Assembly (NCBI RefSeq): GCF_036321535.1
Contig: NC_087437.1
Location: forward strand, 67,954,001 to 68,018,000
Direction: 5' to 3'
From: Camelus dromedarius
Taxonomy: Eukaryota
DNA length: 64,000 bases
The notes under the pieces were generated by a model. The model did no database searches. It saw nothing but the letters and a program-made list of their open reading frames with translations, and was not told where the DNA came from. Shown here one piece after another: positions 25,561 through 39,057 of the stretch. The position numbers and the translations under genes are program-made. Every line of letters begins with the position of its first letter. Positions within the stretch are counted from its first letter, which is position 1.

Positions 25561-27099
25561 GTTGACTATGCCTGTTACTCCTCACAACAAACTGATGAGA
25601 CAGGTGTTTATGATCATGTTGGTAGAGAATATTGCTTCATTACAACTCAACCCTGGCTCCTCTGTCTCATGAACTAGTGGAGACCCTTTGGCTTACTACT
25701 TTGTCCAATTAAATTTAAGTGCATTTAAGACTTAAAGAACATTTACAATAAGCTAGATCATATTCATGTATGTTCACTTTTTATAGAATATATTTTGCCT
25801 GGTGACCAGCCAGTATCTGGTCGATGGTGTTTATTTTAAATTCAATCTGCAATAGTACAGAGTGGTGATAAGGCTGTGGCATCCTTCAAGAAACAGTCTT
25901 AGATTATTCAGAGCATCATTTTCATGACTTCTTGTCCTCTCCCAAAGTGTGCATCACTGGCTATGTGGCAAAGATAACTGTGAAATCAGAATTTCCTTCC
26001 ATATTAGCAATCTTTGAAAAGGTTAAGGTTTAGAAACGAGAGAAATAAAAAGAAGAAATTATTGTGAATCTTCACTGGCCTCTACAGGTACTCCCAGAGC
26101 TCTCTACAACTTGGAGATTACAAAGAGTTGAGAGAGGAGGGCAGATAAGTATTGGTTTTCATTTTTAAATGTGTTTCTCTGAGGATCAGAGGATTTCTTA
26201 TTATATCTATTTCACCTTCGAAATGGCATCACTGAGTTCCCCGTAAAGGTTACTCATGAATCTGAGGATTTGCCTTTCTGACTCAGAGTTTACTGGCATT
26301 TGCTAAATGTTTGGCTTTGTATTCATATTTGTCTCTGACAATGATGAAAGTAAGGCGTTGTCTCATTTATTAGATAGCCCTGGCTGTGCTGGATTAAGGT
26401 TGAATCATTTGACATTGGCCCCCACAACATCTTGAGTCTTCTGCAATGTCCTGCAGCCACAACCTGTTTCCATAAGATTTTATTTCTGCCTGCCCTCTCT
26501 CTAGCCTCATGAGTTGTCTCAGGCCATGCATTAGATTAGCTGTTGGTAAGTAACCTGCTTTGCTTCTTCCCAAACCCACCCTTTGCAGGTAGCCTGAGAC
26601 ATTCCTTCAACCAAGAGTGGGTTCCTGAAACATTGATTGCCCCCTGTATCCCTCCTTCTGGGCTCTGTTTCTCTAATGACCACATTTGGGAAACACAGTG
26701 TACAGGTGGAGCTGCCCTCCCAGTTACAGACACTAAAATATTCCTTTCTAGGTCCTTGTGGAAAAGGTCAAGATATTAATTTTAGATGAGTATCTTCACC
26801 TTCTTAGCCAGTTGCTATTTAATGATCTCATGACAGATTGCTCCTTAAACTGGCCCCAGCGCAGGTCAGAGTGGAGTGAGAATGTGCTCTATTTAATGAG
26901 TCAAGAATCAAAGCCCCTAATATTTTATTGCTGGCATATAGATGGAAGAAATCATCAAGGAGTAAAGAATGCTAAAGGAGCCCAGTACCATACGCAGGGC
27001 TCTGTGTTCTGCTGAGAAGATAAAAGGTCTCTGTGAGTCTAACCATTTTTCTTCATGCTTGAGGCTTTTTATCCATCTTAAGAATCTAACATATTAATA

Positions 27100-28500
27100 T
27101 TTTTTACTTTTTATTTTTAATTTTCCCCAAATACAGAATAGCTAAAAGAAATGAATAATGATCACCTGTATACTCAGGACCGAAATTTAGCTAACATTTT
27201 GACGTAATTACCACTAATGTTACTTTTTGAAATAGATACTACTACATATTTAACAAATATCTCTTAATAATGGCAAATTCAAATACTTCCACAATACTGT
27301 CACCAGATCTAAGAGAATAAATAGTAATTCCTTATAACATCTATAAAGATCTATAATCATTCTTCCAGTTGTCAATATTTTTATAACTTTTTTCAGCTAC
27401 TCCAAGCAGCTTTCCTACATTTTGTTTTGTCTCTTTTAATCTATGAAGAGCTTCAACTATATAAGAAAATTTTCTTTCCTGACATTTTTTAAAGAAATTA
27501 GTTCAATTTTAATGTGACATGTACCACATTCTTCATTTGCCTGTTCTCTGGTGGTGGTTTATCTCAAAGCTTAGTCAGACTAATGTAAAACTTTTCTGGC
27601 AAAAATTTTTAATAAACAAGGCTGAATACTTCATATTACATCCGTGTAAGAAGTACATGATATCAGATTATCCGACTTTTAGTCATACTAAATCCGTTCT
27701 GTTGGTTATGATGACGACTATTAGATCTCTCCATTATGTATTTCCTCCTTCAATATTAGCAAGCAAACTATGGGGTGATAATTTAGCGTGATCATGTTTT
27801 TACCTAGTGATTTCTATACTCTGATCATTCTGGCTTTCTGAATCAGTTATTTCATTCATGGTTGCTGAGTGGTGATTTTCTCATTTTATCATTTCTTCTA
27901 CATTGATCTCTGGCATTTTTCTGTAATGTTTTTCCCTCAACATGATAGGGATGAACTCTGATTCCTACCATAGAAAAAGGATTGGTTCTTTCCATTCAAA
28001 TACCAATTTTCAGAGAACGAAATTTGTGTAAAAGTCACCTTTAAATATAGCATATATTTTATGTGTTTATTTTATGTTCTCTTTATTTCTAGTATCAAAA
28101 TGGACATAAACTTTCTAATTAGTGTCATATAATTAGTTAGGGCCATTATTCTTTTTGGTGGCCAAATTGTTTGAACAGTTGAGAGCCTCTTAAAACTGTC
28201 TCGATTTTTTCATAAGTTCCTGTTGATCTCTGAGAACTTACTTGCTTTCCAGCACAAGATGCTGGGTATACTTTGCACTTCCCCTAACCCAGATCTGGAA
28301 TTGGTCATTTATCCAAGGAGCCCTATTGCCTTCTATCAATGAATGGTATTTAGAAACCAAGATATGGAGCTAGATATGTTCAGTACTGCCTGGAAACCAT
28401 TGATTCCAGAAGCTTTAAATGAACAGAAGGGGTGTGTGTGTGTGTGTGTGTGTTTAAATATATTTTAAAATTGTGGATTTATATTGAATACTTCCGAAAG
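27100..28500 (-). mobile_element. Old L1 3' region, L1MC4/L1MC5-like
   Basis: 'ggaattggtcatttatccaaggagccct...gaatggtatttagaaaccaagatatggagctagatatgttca' within T-rich antisense 3' UTR sequence. Confidence 0.75.
28433..28453. repeat. (GT)n microsatellite
   Basis: About 10 GT units. Confidence 0.9.
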
Positions 28501-29813
28501 TTGCCAAAAGGTTTTTTGATATTTTTTCTCTGTTAGAACATTAATTTTTAGTAACCTGAATTTAAGCTGAATTTAAGATCCATATTGTTTCACTAAGACC
28601 TTTACATTACTTAGTTTATGCACAGAATAGAATGATGTGAAAAATGTGTCTGCTTTGTTTCTAACTTATGCTCTTCAAGCAAGATTTAGTCTCAGATATT
28701 TGCCAAGTCTTTGAAATGTCAGTACTTCTAAATGAAAAAATTAGTACTAACGTCTATTTTTCACATTCATAATGCCAAGTAACTTTTTGATCAGCTTTCT
28801 TGTTTTATTTGTTTAGATAAAACTGGTTATCTTAGTGTTGAGAAGACTCAAAGGGAGTCCTGTGCAGTTCCCTTGTTCATGAGAACTACTGCTGGTACAT
28901 GTTTCCTCTGAACTGGGATTTGGCCTCTGAATTTTTCTCAGCTCATCTCTCCAGCCACCTACTGGCATATGAACTCAAAACTTATTTACCATCCCTAACC
29001 TAGTTTGATGGATTCTTGCCTAAGATAAGAAATTATAGATCACCTAAATGATGAGTGAGGCACATTAAGCCTGTATCTTATAATTATGGTCATTGTCGAA
29101 TAGGTCAAAGAAGAGGAATTAGTAGCAGAGATACTTGGGTGTAGATAGGGAATATGTTAGCCATTCTGCAAATTAGGAAACCTACACCCAGTTTGAGAAT
29201 GCTTGGCTACCAGAGCAGAAATACACGTGAATTCATATCAAAGTTTCACTCCTCTTTTTGCTTTAATAAGCTTAGAAATTTTTGAGGGAGTCAGACAGAC
29301 TTGAAAAGAATTTATGATGAGTCAATATTGTGCTTGATGAACTTATAGAGAAAAGAATGTCCTTAAATATGTACAGAAAAGACTGCCCAATTACAAAGGG
29401 AAAAATAGTAAAAAATAGTAGCTGAGGTTGTTTCATTCTGTGTCATGAGTTTGTTTTCCTTCGGTGCTATTTTCAGTGTCTTCCTTGTTTTGAGTATTGG
29501 CTAAGAGGACAGAGGTTCTTCTCTTTGAAGATAAGTTGAAATTATCTTTCTAACGTGGAGACTCTTTTCTATATGCCCAGGCTGCTTTCAAAGTTCCCAT
29601 CAGGTGCTTCTTAATGTGCATGACAACAAGGCTGTAGTGTCCTTGCGATGGTGCCTTGGGCTCGCTATCACAATATCATTGTTGACAGAATGATCCCTGG
29701 GGCACATCATCATTGTAAATATTGGTATCGAGAGGAAAACTATCATCAAAATTTAAAACAAACCTTGAACTTAACCAACTCTGAGTGAAGAGCAGCACCC
29801 ATTGCTCCATTGC

Positions 29814-29832
29814 CGAGCTCCAGGGGGCGCCA
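29814..29832 (+). promoter_or_regulatory. Strong CTCF motif match
   Basis: CGAGCTCCAGGGGGCGCCA versus TGGCCACCAGGGGGCGCTA. The 11-nt core CCAGGGGGCGC is exact and its CpG is retained. Confidence 0.55.
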
Positions 29833-30579
29833 TTCCACAGGAATTTTCAGAACAGAGACGACAAGAGAGCATAAAAACACTTCCTTTTATGTTCTGCCAG
29901 GAAGATAGAGGTGAAGACCTGGGGATTGGACACAATAGGTCTGTCCCTGCCCTTCCCAGCAGTACCACTGGCCAACTGCTTCCGTGTCTCCATGATGCCT
30001 TAAGAAGGGCTCTTCTTTTTCCAAAGGGTCATCAGCTTTGCTTGAAACTATTCTCACTATACTTCCTTCATCTGGTCCTAAGTGGTTAAGTTTAGCCAGG
30101 TCTGTCTAGCAATGTGGGGAAATTATACCTAGGGATGCAGAAAGTGTTTCACTCAGTCACCTGGGGGCATTTTCTAGTCTCAGCAGTGCAGTTGTGTGGG
30201 CAACCATGGAGAATCAGACAGAGTGAAATTAGCCAAGCTTGTCAAGACATGCGTTGACTGTAAAAGATACTTTGAGCTTGGTATATTTAACTACTTGGTA
30301 ACATCAGGTTAGTTTGATTTCAGTGTAGTTCTGTTAAAAATGGACAATAATTTTGTTAGCATTTAATTATGTACAATATTCTGTTATCCTCTATGTGCAT
30401 ATACTGTTTTCTCAGATTGTAATATTTTTCAGGACAGGAACTATGTCAGCTTGTGTTATTTACTCCCCACAGAAACTTGTACAGTACAGAGCACAGAGTA
30501 GGTACACACTGGACCCTTGTTGAGTGTGCATAAAATTTGTTCGGCCTTCTCTTAACAACTAAGACATATTCTGTCCTTG

Positions 30580-30790
30580 TAAGCCTCTAATTTGCAAATC
30601 CGTTTCACAGCACAAATTAATTTGGAAGGCAGGTTGAAATTTGGAATACATTTTCCCATCAGAATAATACTCCACATTCAGTTCCCAGGTCTGTTCACAA
30701 AGTCCTTTTTATACAAATATGAATCTGAAGCATAGTGCCAACAGTAATATCTTACTGTTTCAACAGTTTGACTCTGTAACCACCACGTGT
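30580..30790. mobile_element. Old TcMar-Tigger-like DNA transposon fragment
   Basis: 'tacattttcccatcagaataat...gttcccaggtctgttcacaaagtcc' resembles ancient Tigger consensus. Subfamily uncertain. Confidence 0.4.
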
Positions 30791-31959
30791 AAGATTATGT
30801 CTGATAAACTTCATAGACGGAGGAGATTCTAGAGCCCAAATGACTTGTTTCCATATGCACTGAAGAGAATTCTGTTCTCCAGTTTAATGATTTTACTTTT
30901 CTACTTTTCCTCCTATTTCCTTTATAGGAATTAGTGATTTTTATCACATTTAGAGGTAATACATCTTGGGCAGTTGTGGCAGGCTAGAGTATTTATTCAT
31001 CCCTGGGTCTTCAAAATGAGTTGAAAAGAAGGCCATCACCATGTGTAAGCAGTCACACATGTCAGGAGCAAAAATGGGTTCTTAATTCATTTGTGTTGGT
31101 TAATAAATAATGCTGTGTCAGTAGCAAACAATGAGAAATGTATTTCTTCTTATGGAGCAGTATAATGTGAAAGTAGTGGATGGATTAAACGAATCTTTTG
31201 GTAGCCTACAGTCAGATGAACATACTCATTCAGTAAAAGAACACATAAAAATGAGAAAATACATCATATGAAGAGAGAATGCATAATAAATTCTACACAG
31301 GTAAAATTCAGTTTTCACAAATACCATTTTAACATCTGGTTCTGTATAACAAGACTATTTCCAAATCCTCCTGACAGAGCTTACAGATTCTATTTTGCTG
31401 ACATGGATAAAAACAATCTTTTGGAAAGAAAACTACTGTAAGACAGATGTATTCCAAAGTTCCTGAATATGTAAATAGTAACCCTTCATGACAGACAATT
31501 TGGGAGGGGCAGAAGCAGGTCTCAAGAGAAGAGAAGAGTTAGACCACAGAGTGCTGGAGATTTAAAGCACCTGAAAAGTCCTGGGAGAAAAAAGAAAGGA
31601 AGCAGATGGGAAACCCAGGGTCATCCAGTGGGTGGGTCCTAGCTGGAGCTCTTTCTTTGGCAGAGTAGGCAAAACTCTGCCTCCTGCTACCCAAGGATTT
31701 GCCATTTGCTCCAGTTAGCTATAGCCTCAAAATCAGTCCCTATCCTCGTCTGTCCAGATCTCTTTGAATGAAGTGTTTAGGTCGGTCTTTTTAAGGGCAA
31801 TCAGAATAATTTAACTTCCCATTTTGTTTTTGTTTTTCTTGAAATTGGCAATGTAAAGTTTATGCAACTACTTTTGTTCATCTTAGTATGTAGAACCCAC
31901 TGAAAACCCTTGATCTAGCTGATCCTGTCTAGATGCCAAGAATAGTCAGCTCTACAAAG

Positions 31960-32325
31960 GAGTCCTGTGCTTGGACGCCTGTATTCCCTGCATCCTCTTT
32001 CCTTTCTGCAATTTGTCTTTCTGCACTGAATATGTACCTGGATCTTCTTAGAGCTGATTGTTTCGTATCATTTTGATTTCAACTCAAATACCACCTTCCA
32101 AAGGAGGCCTTTACGAACCAACTGATCAGAATGACTGCAGCACGTTTTATCCTATCATTCTTGCTAAATGTCTCCGTAGAATTTATTACCATCTGATGTT
32201 ATTTTTGTTGATTGAATCTTCCCATGGGTATTTGCCAGTCTTACTCAGCAGTGAATCCTCATCATCTAGAAAAAATGCTAAGCACATAATAGATACTCAA
32301 CAATGAACAGATACATGAAAGAATG
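31960..32325 (+). mobile_element. L2 LINE 3' fragment
   Basis: 'tcaactcaaataccaccttccaaaggaggcct' and end 'gcacataatagatactcaacaatgaacagatacatgaa'. Confidence 0.7.
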
Positions 32326-33627
32326 CCCACTTCTCTGCATCCTTTCCCCCAAATCTGTGTAGTTTTACTTTACCAGCTATGTGAGAGGATATATTTAATA
32401 TCTTCATCTGTTTTTTCCTGAGTATTGCCCCTTCCTATCCTGAAACCTCCCCTATTCCCTAAATCCAAAAACACTTCATCTTTTTTGGCGGGGGGAAGCT
32501 TAAGGTCTCACTGACAATGAGTAATTTGACATATGGTTCATAACATCAGAAGGGTCATTCACTCAGGGTAAATAAAATTTAGAGGATTCCTACTCTTACA
32601 GAGAGTTTCTAAATAAGGCTATAGTTGGTAAAAGACCCCTTAAGGACCAACCAAAAGAATGTAGAAATGGGACAAGACTCAGATAAAATTTATGAGGTAC
32701 AATAGAAATGGCAGGTGTCTGATACCTGTGGTCAGCATGTGTAGCTTCTTGGGATGAAACAATGATTTGGCTGGGATTCCCTTTTCTACCTTTAGAAGAA
32801 TTTCAGGACAAAGTAAGCTTGCTTGAATATTAAGGTAGAAAACTATGCTTTGATTCGTTTTTTTTTTTTTTTTTTTTTTTTTGGTTTCTCCCCAGTTGTG
32901 ACTAAAAAGGAATAGAAAGTGCTTCTCCCTGGCTTTTGGCATCAATCTTTAAGTATTGCCTCACTTTCCCTAATTCTTCCTGTATTAAATCAAAGTGTTA
33001 GAGAATAGAATAAGCTGGAAATTAAAGGTCTTTCTTACTCATTAAATGTTCTTTTAATTGGCACAGAAGAAACCAAACATGGGTATACTTGGAGAGTAAT
33101 AACTGGTAACATTTACCCAGAAAGTCATTTATATATGTGTTTATATATACATGCTGAACAGCTATGAACTCCAACCTCATTTACTTTTAGTGTCTGATAC
33201 CTAACTGGGTGGTAATATGAAAAATTATTTGTATTGGGTACTTTTCTAAAAACATATTTGTTTGGGGGCAGAATATTAGGTACCAAACAGGATAGGGGAA
33301 GAACAAAATGCTAGTAAGTTTTCAGTTACCTTAGAGTTTCTTAGGGCCAAGTCTTCTCTGTGAGCCTCTTTCTCTGTCTTCTATTTTGCCCTGGTTGCCT
33401 GGGAGTAAGAGGAGGAACTGAGAGATAAGGCTGTCTAGCATGAGATGAAAGAGTGTCATAATCAGGGAAGAAAACAGGAAGGGGGTTCTATGGTTACAAG
33501 AAGTGGTAGGAGAGGTGTGAGATACTTCCCCCAAAAAGCCACATTTTAATGCCAGAGAGAGAGCAAGAGGGTAGGGAAAAATGTATCTGATGACTATATA
33601 CGGAAACTAAGTTTTTCTCTTATTCAT

Positions 33628-33735
33628 AGGTTGACATACAATTTGTTGTCCAATACAGGATCATCTTTAGAGGGAAACAAGATACAATTATGAAGTATTA
33701 TAAATTACAGATGTCAACCAGGATGCATAATTACT
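33628..33735. mobile_element. Possible MER81-like hAT MITE
   Basis: The start 'taggttgacatacaatttgttgtccaatacagga' resembles the MER81 terminus. Highly diverged. Confidence 0.35.
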
Positions 33736-36700
33736 TATTTAGAGATTACATCATCATAATCTCTTCTATAAAGGTACAACATAAAGACTTTTGCATTGTT
33801 TAAAACAAATTAAACTCTGAGCAAAAACCTGGTTCTAAGATGGAGAAGATAAATGATATCATCTTAGTCACCTGAAAAAAAGCCTTCTCTACCTTTCACC
33901 CTAATACTAACATTTTCAAAACCAGATTTAGAGATGTCTAAAAGGTTACCCTAGAAAAGTGAGTTAAGCATTATCAGCCATTTAACCTTAGTTTAAGTGA
34001 ATTTATCAAAACCTTTTTCTGAACTTTGTTTTGCTTGAGACTCAGAAATTCAGAGAGCCTAAAGAATAAGAACTAGAGAAGGGTATGTGTGTCCCTGTAT
34101 GTGTAAGTATGTGTGTGTGTGTTGGGGGATGGATTTAAGTGAAATCATCAAGTAAAATGCCAAAAAAGGAGACAGAGGCATTCTAACACTTGGATTACCA
34201 GTGTACCCTGCAGGAGTGGCTCTGATTATACCAACAAACTTCTACTAATGGCTTCTACATTTTTACCACTATGGAATTTTACTACTTTTAGTGTCACAGT
34301 CAATGTAATGAAAAAATAATTTTATAGTTGTTTTTAAGTGTCTGAGTGACAATAGAGAGAATATTAAAATTTTTAAAAATCCCTAAGAAGATTAAACAAT
34401 ATCTGTTAAATCTTTTGAGTTATGTAAAGAAAGAAAGTAGTAGGTAAAAACAAAATCGTTATCATAGGTTCTCTCTGCTCATGCAAAGTGAAATGGAAAA
34501 TCCATATGCATTTTAGTCCTACCAAAAAGTAACATTTTACAAAGTCTGGCCTCAGTCCTCAAGATAGTTCAGACATATGTTTTTGCCATAGTATGTCTAG
34601 ATGTTGTCTCCTTCACTTTGTTTTACATGTCTAGACTCAGCCAACATATATTTCAAGTGAACTCACCTCTCCCTTAAACATGTGCTTGACTTAAAATTAA
34701 ACTTCTTTAATTTTTCTAGGTCAACCTTAAATCAGTGATGGAACAGAAAAGAGAACAGAGGGTTTGTTGTACAATTTTCTGTAGAGGAACATAAAAAAAA
34801 AAAAAAGAATGGCTTGAGAAGCTATGGTAACTAAAGCTGCTAGCAGAGAAATCTGACAGTCACAGAATGTTCTCAACGCATTGGGCTAGAAGAACAGATT
34901 TCTGATTTATGCTTCAGAGTCTGGAGATTGTGAAAATCCATTTGAGAAGGTTTAATGTGAGGAAGCCATACTCTGAAAAATTAAGTTTATGGAAATCACA
35001 CTGCAGATAAAATAGGCATTTACACATGAATTGTGTTTAATTACTTAATCGATTAGAAGATATGTATAGATTTGTCTGTTTATATAGTGTATAAACAAAC
35101 ACCCAGTTTATTAAAATGTCACATAAGTGATGCAATTCTGTTACTTTTGCTCTATGGACTAGGTAAGCTCCTCTGCCATCTATGGCAACTCTTCTGTCAC
35201 ATATAAAAGAGAAACAAAACACCAATTGTAGAGTTCTGTGGATGAGTAAACATGTTGCCTACCCTGGTCATGCCCACCCACTCTCAATTCCTGCTAAAGT
35301 AAAGGGAGAAATAAACATCCCCTGAAGACCTCAGCAATGGCTGAGGAGAGGTATATGCGGTCTTTCTTTTTTCTCCATCCCAATCTTAAAGTAACAGTTA
35401 TAGAAAGATAATGTTGCTTTCTGAGAATTTTTCCCAAAGAGAAAGAGACTAAACAGCATAATGCACAAAGGTAGAGAAGAAGATCTAGAAACAGTGCAGA
35501 AGGGAGGGAAAGAACAGAGTATGAGAAGATAAGGAAAGAAGAGAAAACAGTGGTGGCAAAAATAATTAAAAAGAGAATCAATGTAATGGTAGAGAAGACA
35601 GTTTTTAATAAAAAATTATATATATATTTATATATATATATAAATACACACACACACAGTAAATTATAAGTAGGAAATTGAGCACTAGCTTAAGGGAAAA
35701 AGTAAACCACAAAAGTAAATGTACAAAAAGAAGTATTCATTGAAACATATGATACTGTTGTTTAAAATTTAGTTTAGTACATGACTGTTTCCTTTAAATG
35801 TCATGAAATAGCTGGATATTTCTGAATAATAAAATAATTCAGAGTATCTACATAGTTAGAGTTGAGTAGGTAATATACTCAGATATGTAAATTATCTGTT
35901 AATATTCATTCAAATATCTGAGTATTGTTCAGACACAATGTACAAGAAAACCTAAAAAGAGTATTTGGAGTTGTATGAAAAGAAAATAGTATAAAAATAA
36001 AATATATGTGAATAGAAGCTTTTTATTTTTCAGACTTAAATTTGTGTATTACCAGTATTTTTTTCTTACATTATTTGTGACATAACTACTTTGTGATCCC
36101 AGCTCCACCCTCATTTCATGCTGGGCTTACTGACAGATTTACTCATTTACTTACCTTTCCTAGCAGTGCAAGCTGTGATACATCACTGGGTAAATTACAT
36201 GTGCTTTTACCCTATTTTTTTTTTTCAAACACTCATATATTTGGACCATGGGAGAAAGCCAGAGAATTACAGTATATGCAGCTCTTAATAGTTGACAGGT
36301 CTACTAATAATATTTCTTTTGTATTGGTTCTGTTCCTGTTCTAAAATTGATCTAGAGATAAATGAGAGTATATTAAATATTTCTTAATGACTTTGTGCCA
36401 TTTTGGCAAGTTCTTTTTCCAGTGTAATTTTCGGTGTTTCTTCCTAAGAGGTTCTCTTCCAGATTTGTCTGAAATAAGTGCCTACTATGACCTTGTGTAC
36501 CTGTGGGAGGGGGGAGCTTAGTGACATTGAATGAGAGTTTTGAAAAACCACTTTGTTGATTAAAGAAATTTACCGGACAGGAGGATTTGTTTCTCCTTTC
36601 TGACTTAAATTCAATTTTCCCCTTCATTTGCTAAAAGGTTGGCTGTCTTAAAGTGTGGAATGGATCTTTGCCCTTCACCATGCTTGGACAAAACAGATAT

Positions 36701-37254
36701 TGTAGGTCCATGCTTAACTCAGTGTCCACATAGGCACCATGTAAACCTTTAGACTTGGCTGAATTGAACTTGAAGCTTTTCAGCAATAGCATATGCTTCT
36801 CTATATGAAAAATGTGAAGATACCTTTGGGATTTCTGTGCTCTTCTATTCAAAGGTCAAAAAGACTTTAGGGAAATAGAAAGTTGTTTTCCATTGGGAAT
36901 ATTAGAAAAGGCAAAGGTAACAATTTATGTAATGAATACTATGCTAAACATTTTGCATATATATGCTTCTATTTATACCAAAAAGTCATTTTTAGCAAGC
37001 AAGATACACATAAAGAAGTTCAAAGTTGGTGTGGTAAAAGAACTCTTCAAAATTACTCAGATACTAAGTAAAATAATTGTGATTCAGACTATTAAAGGGA
37101 ATAGAAGTAAAAACAGATAAACAACACTGATATCCAGAATAGTCCTGATTTCTCATATCCTGTCCCATTGTCAGAATATGTATTTGAATATACTTTTAAA
37201 ATATGTTCTGTGTAAATTTTGAAGATGTAGTCTGGATACAATATCTCTTGAACC

Positions 37255-37507
37255 TTTTACCCAGCTTTATTAAGGTATAAGTGACAATTTAAAAATGTAT
37301 ATATTTAAGGAGTATAACTTTGATGTTCTGATATACGTATACATAGTGGAAGAATCACCATAATCAAGCTAATTTACATATCTATCACCTCACATATTTA
37401 CCTTTTTCTTCTTTTCCCATGGTGAGAACACTTAGCATTGACAAGTATACAATACAGTATTAACTAGTCACATTGTTGTACATTAGATCTACAGAAGTTA
37501 GTCATCT
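37255..37507 (-). mobile_element. L1MA-type 3' end
   Basis: 'cagctttattaaggtataagtgaca...aatcaagctaatttacatatctatcacctcacata...gtatacaatacagtattaacta'. Confidence 0.85.
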
Positions 37508-38129
37508 GGGGAGATGTGTGTGTGTGGTCAGTGGGAAATGGAGAAATTTTCAACCTTTTAAATTAGAGGGAGAACTGATTAATCAACGACTATGAAAATT
37601 GGGACAAAATATGCTATTTGGAATTACATTCTGATTTTAGTATGGTCACATCATTTGACTTGAGCGTACAGGCAATATGATTATAGCATCTGTTACCACA
37701 CTCATCATGCAGGTTGATTTAGCCATTCTGGCTGCTGGCACCATTTGACACTTTGTCTGAAGGTTAAGTGTCACAGACTAAGGTCTCAAGTGGATGGTGA
37801 CATTTTCATGGATTAACTGAACCTTTTACCCTTTATCTCAATGCTTTTATACTCTCTGACAGAGCCTTTGTTTTTCTGCATTTACCTCATTTACCAGATT
37901 TTTACTGTGTTTCCCATACAGTCGGGGTTTGACAGATACCACATCAACCCAATGTTACCTTGAAAACAAAACATACTAGAATGATACTAAGTGAACTGCA
38001 GATGGAGTTGTGTAATTATTAAGTCAGATGATCATCTAAAAGCTAGTCAACATTGATCTTTGCTCTATGTTTGATATAAATGTTACTATCTCAAAATCAA
38101 CCAAGTCTCACCAAAATGGGAAATCAGAG

Positions 38130-38310
38130 CTCTGGGGACAGTGTGGTAATAAGAAACATTAGTTCAAACGACTTGGGTTCAAGTTCTGGCTCCACAATTA
38201 GCTGCTCACATGACTTCAAACCAGCCATTTAAACTTTTTAGAGCTTGCTTGTTCGATCTGCAAGATGATCGAAGAGAGGGTTTGGACCAGATCACTTCTA
38301 AAGTGCACCT
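38130..38310 (+). mobile_element. MIR/MIR3 SINE
   Basis: 'gacttgggttcaagttctggctccacaattagctg' and end 'ggtttggaccagatcacttctaaagt'. Confidence 0.7.
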
Positions 38311-38445
38311 TGAAGTTCTGTAAAATGTTTAAGGCAATTCAAGTTTTCTCTCATCTGTTTAATGTCAATTCAAAAGTCTTAGGCAGTGTTTTCTTTATTT
38401 AAGAAGTGGGTTCTACACGTTACCTCACGTTTTGCTATACTCAAT

Positions 38446-39057
38446 TATATTGGTTATCTATTGCTGTATAATGAATCACCACAGATGTAGCATCTTAGAA
38501 CAACACACATTTATTATCTCACAGTTTCTGTGAGTCAGAAGACTGGGCTTGGCTTAGTTGGGTCCCCTGCTTGGGTCTCATGAGGCTGCAGGCATTTTGC
38601 CACGTGGATTGTGGTCTCTCTGGTGGCTCAACTGGGAAAGAATACACCAATTTAAGCATTTTTAGTTTGTTGGCAGAATTCATTTTTTTATAGCTGTATT
38701 ATTTAGGGCCCCAACTTTTTGCTGACTATTGACTGGAGACTGCCCTCATTTCCTCATGACTGCCTTTAGTTCCTTACCATGTGGGTTTTCCCAGCAAGGC
38801 TGCTTACTTCATCAAGCCCACAAAGAGTCCCCGAAAATGGGATCTTATATAATGGGATGTAATGATAGAAGTGGCATTTCTTATAACCCTTGCTATGTAA
38901 TATAACCTAATCACAGGAATGACATCCCATCATTTTGCCATATTGTGTTAGATGCACATCAGAGGTCTTGCACAAACTCAAGGGAACAGGATTACACAAA
39001 GGTATGGACACCAGCAGTCAGGATCATTGGGGTTGCCTTTGGGTCTGTTCACCCACA
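38446..39057 (-). mobile_element. MaLR solo LTR, MLT1E-like, near full length
   Basis: 'ttatctattgctgtata...catttattatctcacagtttctgtgagtcaga', 'ataacctaatcacaggaatgacatcccatca' and end '...cccaca'. Confidence 0.85.
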
